DNA of 38,125 nucleotides from Bacteroidia bacterium (GTDB lineage Bacteria > Bacteroidota > Bacteroidia > SpSt-205): contig JANXDD010000004.1 of assembly GCA_025059915.1 (NCBI GenBank), forward strand, positions 1-38,125, given 5' to 3'. Both the position numbers and the translations under genes were made by a program. Of this stretch, positions 36,958 through 38,125 are shown one piece after another. Within the stretch, counting starts at the first letter, position 1. Every line of letters begins with the position of its first letter. The notes under the pieces were generated by a model that ran no database searches, was not told the origin of the DNA, and worked only from the letters and a program-made list of their open reading frames with translations.

Positions 36958-38125
36958 CTACTGCCGCTGTATCAGCTTTGTATGCAGCTCACCCCCCTGC
37001 ATCACCCGCAGAAGGTACGGCCCCGCCGGCAGCTCCCCAAGGTAAAGTCGGGTCTCCACCCATCCTCTCTCCGAAGGCTCCACCCTTCGCTCCATAACCA
37101 CTTGCCCAAGGGCATTCCATAGAGATAAGCTGACAGGCTCCGCACTACTAACCATAAACCGAACCGTCAGCTCCCCTGTCGTCGGATTCGGGAATGCCTC
37201 TAAGTGCTTCAAACCTGCCTCAGGCGCCGCCCGCCGCAGCTCCAGCACACTACTCTGCACCTCAGAGCCGTCTTCCAAATGCACGCGCAGCCGATAGAGA
37301 GAAACCCCTACCGGCGGATTTTCTCGTACGGCTTCTCGGGTATCAGCTGAGAAGGTCCGCCATGGCCTCAGCTCTTCGGGAGAGGAACCTGTCTCTATCA
37401 CGAACCGAGAGACCCGCTGCCCTTCGGTCAGAATGTCCCAGCGCAGTACATGAGCTTCATCCGCTCGTACATAGCCATCCCAGAGAGTAAAATACACCGG
37501 CAGCGGCTGCACACTCTGCCCTGTCCCGAAGTCCGAGAAACCGCTCATCCCAGGACGCTGAACCGTCGCTGCATTGGCATTGGCATGACAGCCCGGATTC
37601 TGGATAAACCAGCCCGAGCCGTTGTTTTTCAGTACCCCAAACTGCGCTGCCCCCGGACAGGTCGTAAAGGCAGTATTGTATAGCGTCATCGTGTAAGTGC
37701 CGCTGGTCGTGATTTGATTGAAGCTATTATCAAAGGCATTTATCGTCCAGTAGCCGTTATTCAACATGGGACAGGTGTGGTATTGGGCACCGCATTCAGC
37801 AGTGGGATTGGGTGGAGTAGGCGGGATACCCGGCCAATCGTTGAACCACGCCAAGAGATTATGTACCCCCGGCGCCGCCATGAAATCCACGTTCGCCCGC
37901 TGGTAGGAGCCCGTCCCAACTGGGAAGTCATACGCGCCTACCCCACCGATGAAGCGGCGCAGCCTCCCTTGCACATAACTATTGGCATTTCCAGGGGTAA
38001 CAGCCCCTGTGGCAGGATTAGTTACACGCACTTCATGAGTACCCGTTACAATCCGCCCGCTGGTGAGCGTAAGCTGATTGGTAATGTCCATGCGGTTATT
38101 GATAGTGAGCGTAGAAGCAGGCGAT
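36958..38125 (-). CDS. Secreted protein with a T9SS (Por) C-terminal sorting domain; 5'-truncated by the window edge
   Basis: The C-terminal region of about 80 aa (FPNPTTGELTVRF ... LSLWNALGQVV ... LPAGPYLLRV ... KLI) fits a T9SS type A CTD. The reading frame stays open from 38091 to the window end. Confidence 0.7.
   Translation of the reverse strand, partial: SPASTLTINNRMDITNQLTLTSGRIVTGTHEVRVTNPATGAVTPGNANSYVQGRLRRFIGGVGAYDFPVGTGSYQRANVDFMAAPGVHNLLAWFNDWPGIPPTPPNPTAECGAQYHTCPMLNNGYWTINAFDNSFNQITTSGTYTMTLYNTAFTTCPGAAQFGVLKNNGSGWFIQNPGCHANANAATVQRPGMSGFSDFGTGQSVQPLPVYFTLWDGYVRADEAHVLRWDILTEGQRVSRFVIETGSSPEELRPWRTFSADTREAVRENPPVGVSLYRLRVHLEDGSEVQSSVLELRRAAPEAGLKHLEAFPNPTTGELTVRFMVSSAEPVSLSLWNALGQVVMERRVEPSERGWVETRLYLGELPAGPYLLRVMQGGELHTKLIQRQ

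Noticed and set aside
36709-37122. Plus-strand ORFs of 137 and 119 aa spanning the intergenic region and the T9SS gene 3' end.
   Set aside because: Their Pro/Ala/Gly-rich translations come from the GC-rich terminator hairpin and from the antisense of the T9SS CTD. No start-proximal -7 box is present.

Overview
The window is a compact, almost fully coding chromosomal segment from an FCB-group (Bacteroidota-like) bacterium. The evidence for that assignment is TAnnTTTG -7 promoter boxes, few evident Shine-Dalgarno sequences upstream of the starts I checked, a T9SS C-terminal sorting domain and a CarboxypepD_reg TonB-dependent receptor. The core (3.5-16.8 kb) is the conserved tRNA-Thr / tuf / tRNA-Trp / secE-nusG-rplKAJL-rpoBC cluster. 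It is flanked by housekeeping and envelope genes: a class V PLP enzyme, an M23 peptidase, tRNA-Cys, pyrF, a LolA-like protein, NIF3 plus a Zn-ribbon protein, a TPR protein, a Tat-signal Fe/Mn SOD, a DUF3352/MORN-like protein, HU, a serine protease, kdsB, a radical SAM protein, an MBL hydrolase, aspS, a TonB-dependent receptor, a PabC-like protein and an MqnB-like protein. I saw no CRISPR array, transposase, integrase or recognisable defence genes. Four observations stand out. (1) Perfect TAnnTTTG -7 boxes sit 3-7 nt upstream of the start codon of nearly every first-in-unit gene, which implies leaderless mRNAs. (2) Three CDSs (an OMP gene, tuf and secE) start 2-4 nt after the 3' end of a CCA-less tRNA or tRNA-like element, a tRNA-punctuation-like layout. 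(3) A miniaturised 63-65 nt tRNA-like cloverleaf makes up the whole tuf leader. (4) Two tandem Aer-type PAS + PP2C/SpoIIE paralogues are present. One has lost most metal-binding Asp residues and looks like a pseudophosphatase. The pair is translationally coupled to futalosine-pathway (menaquinone) genes. All functional calls come from motifs read in the supplied translations and from family knowledge recalled from memory. No database search was run.
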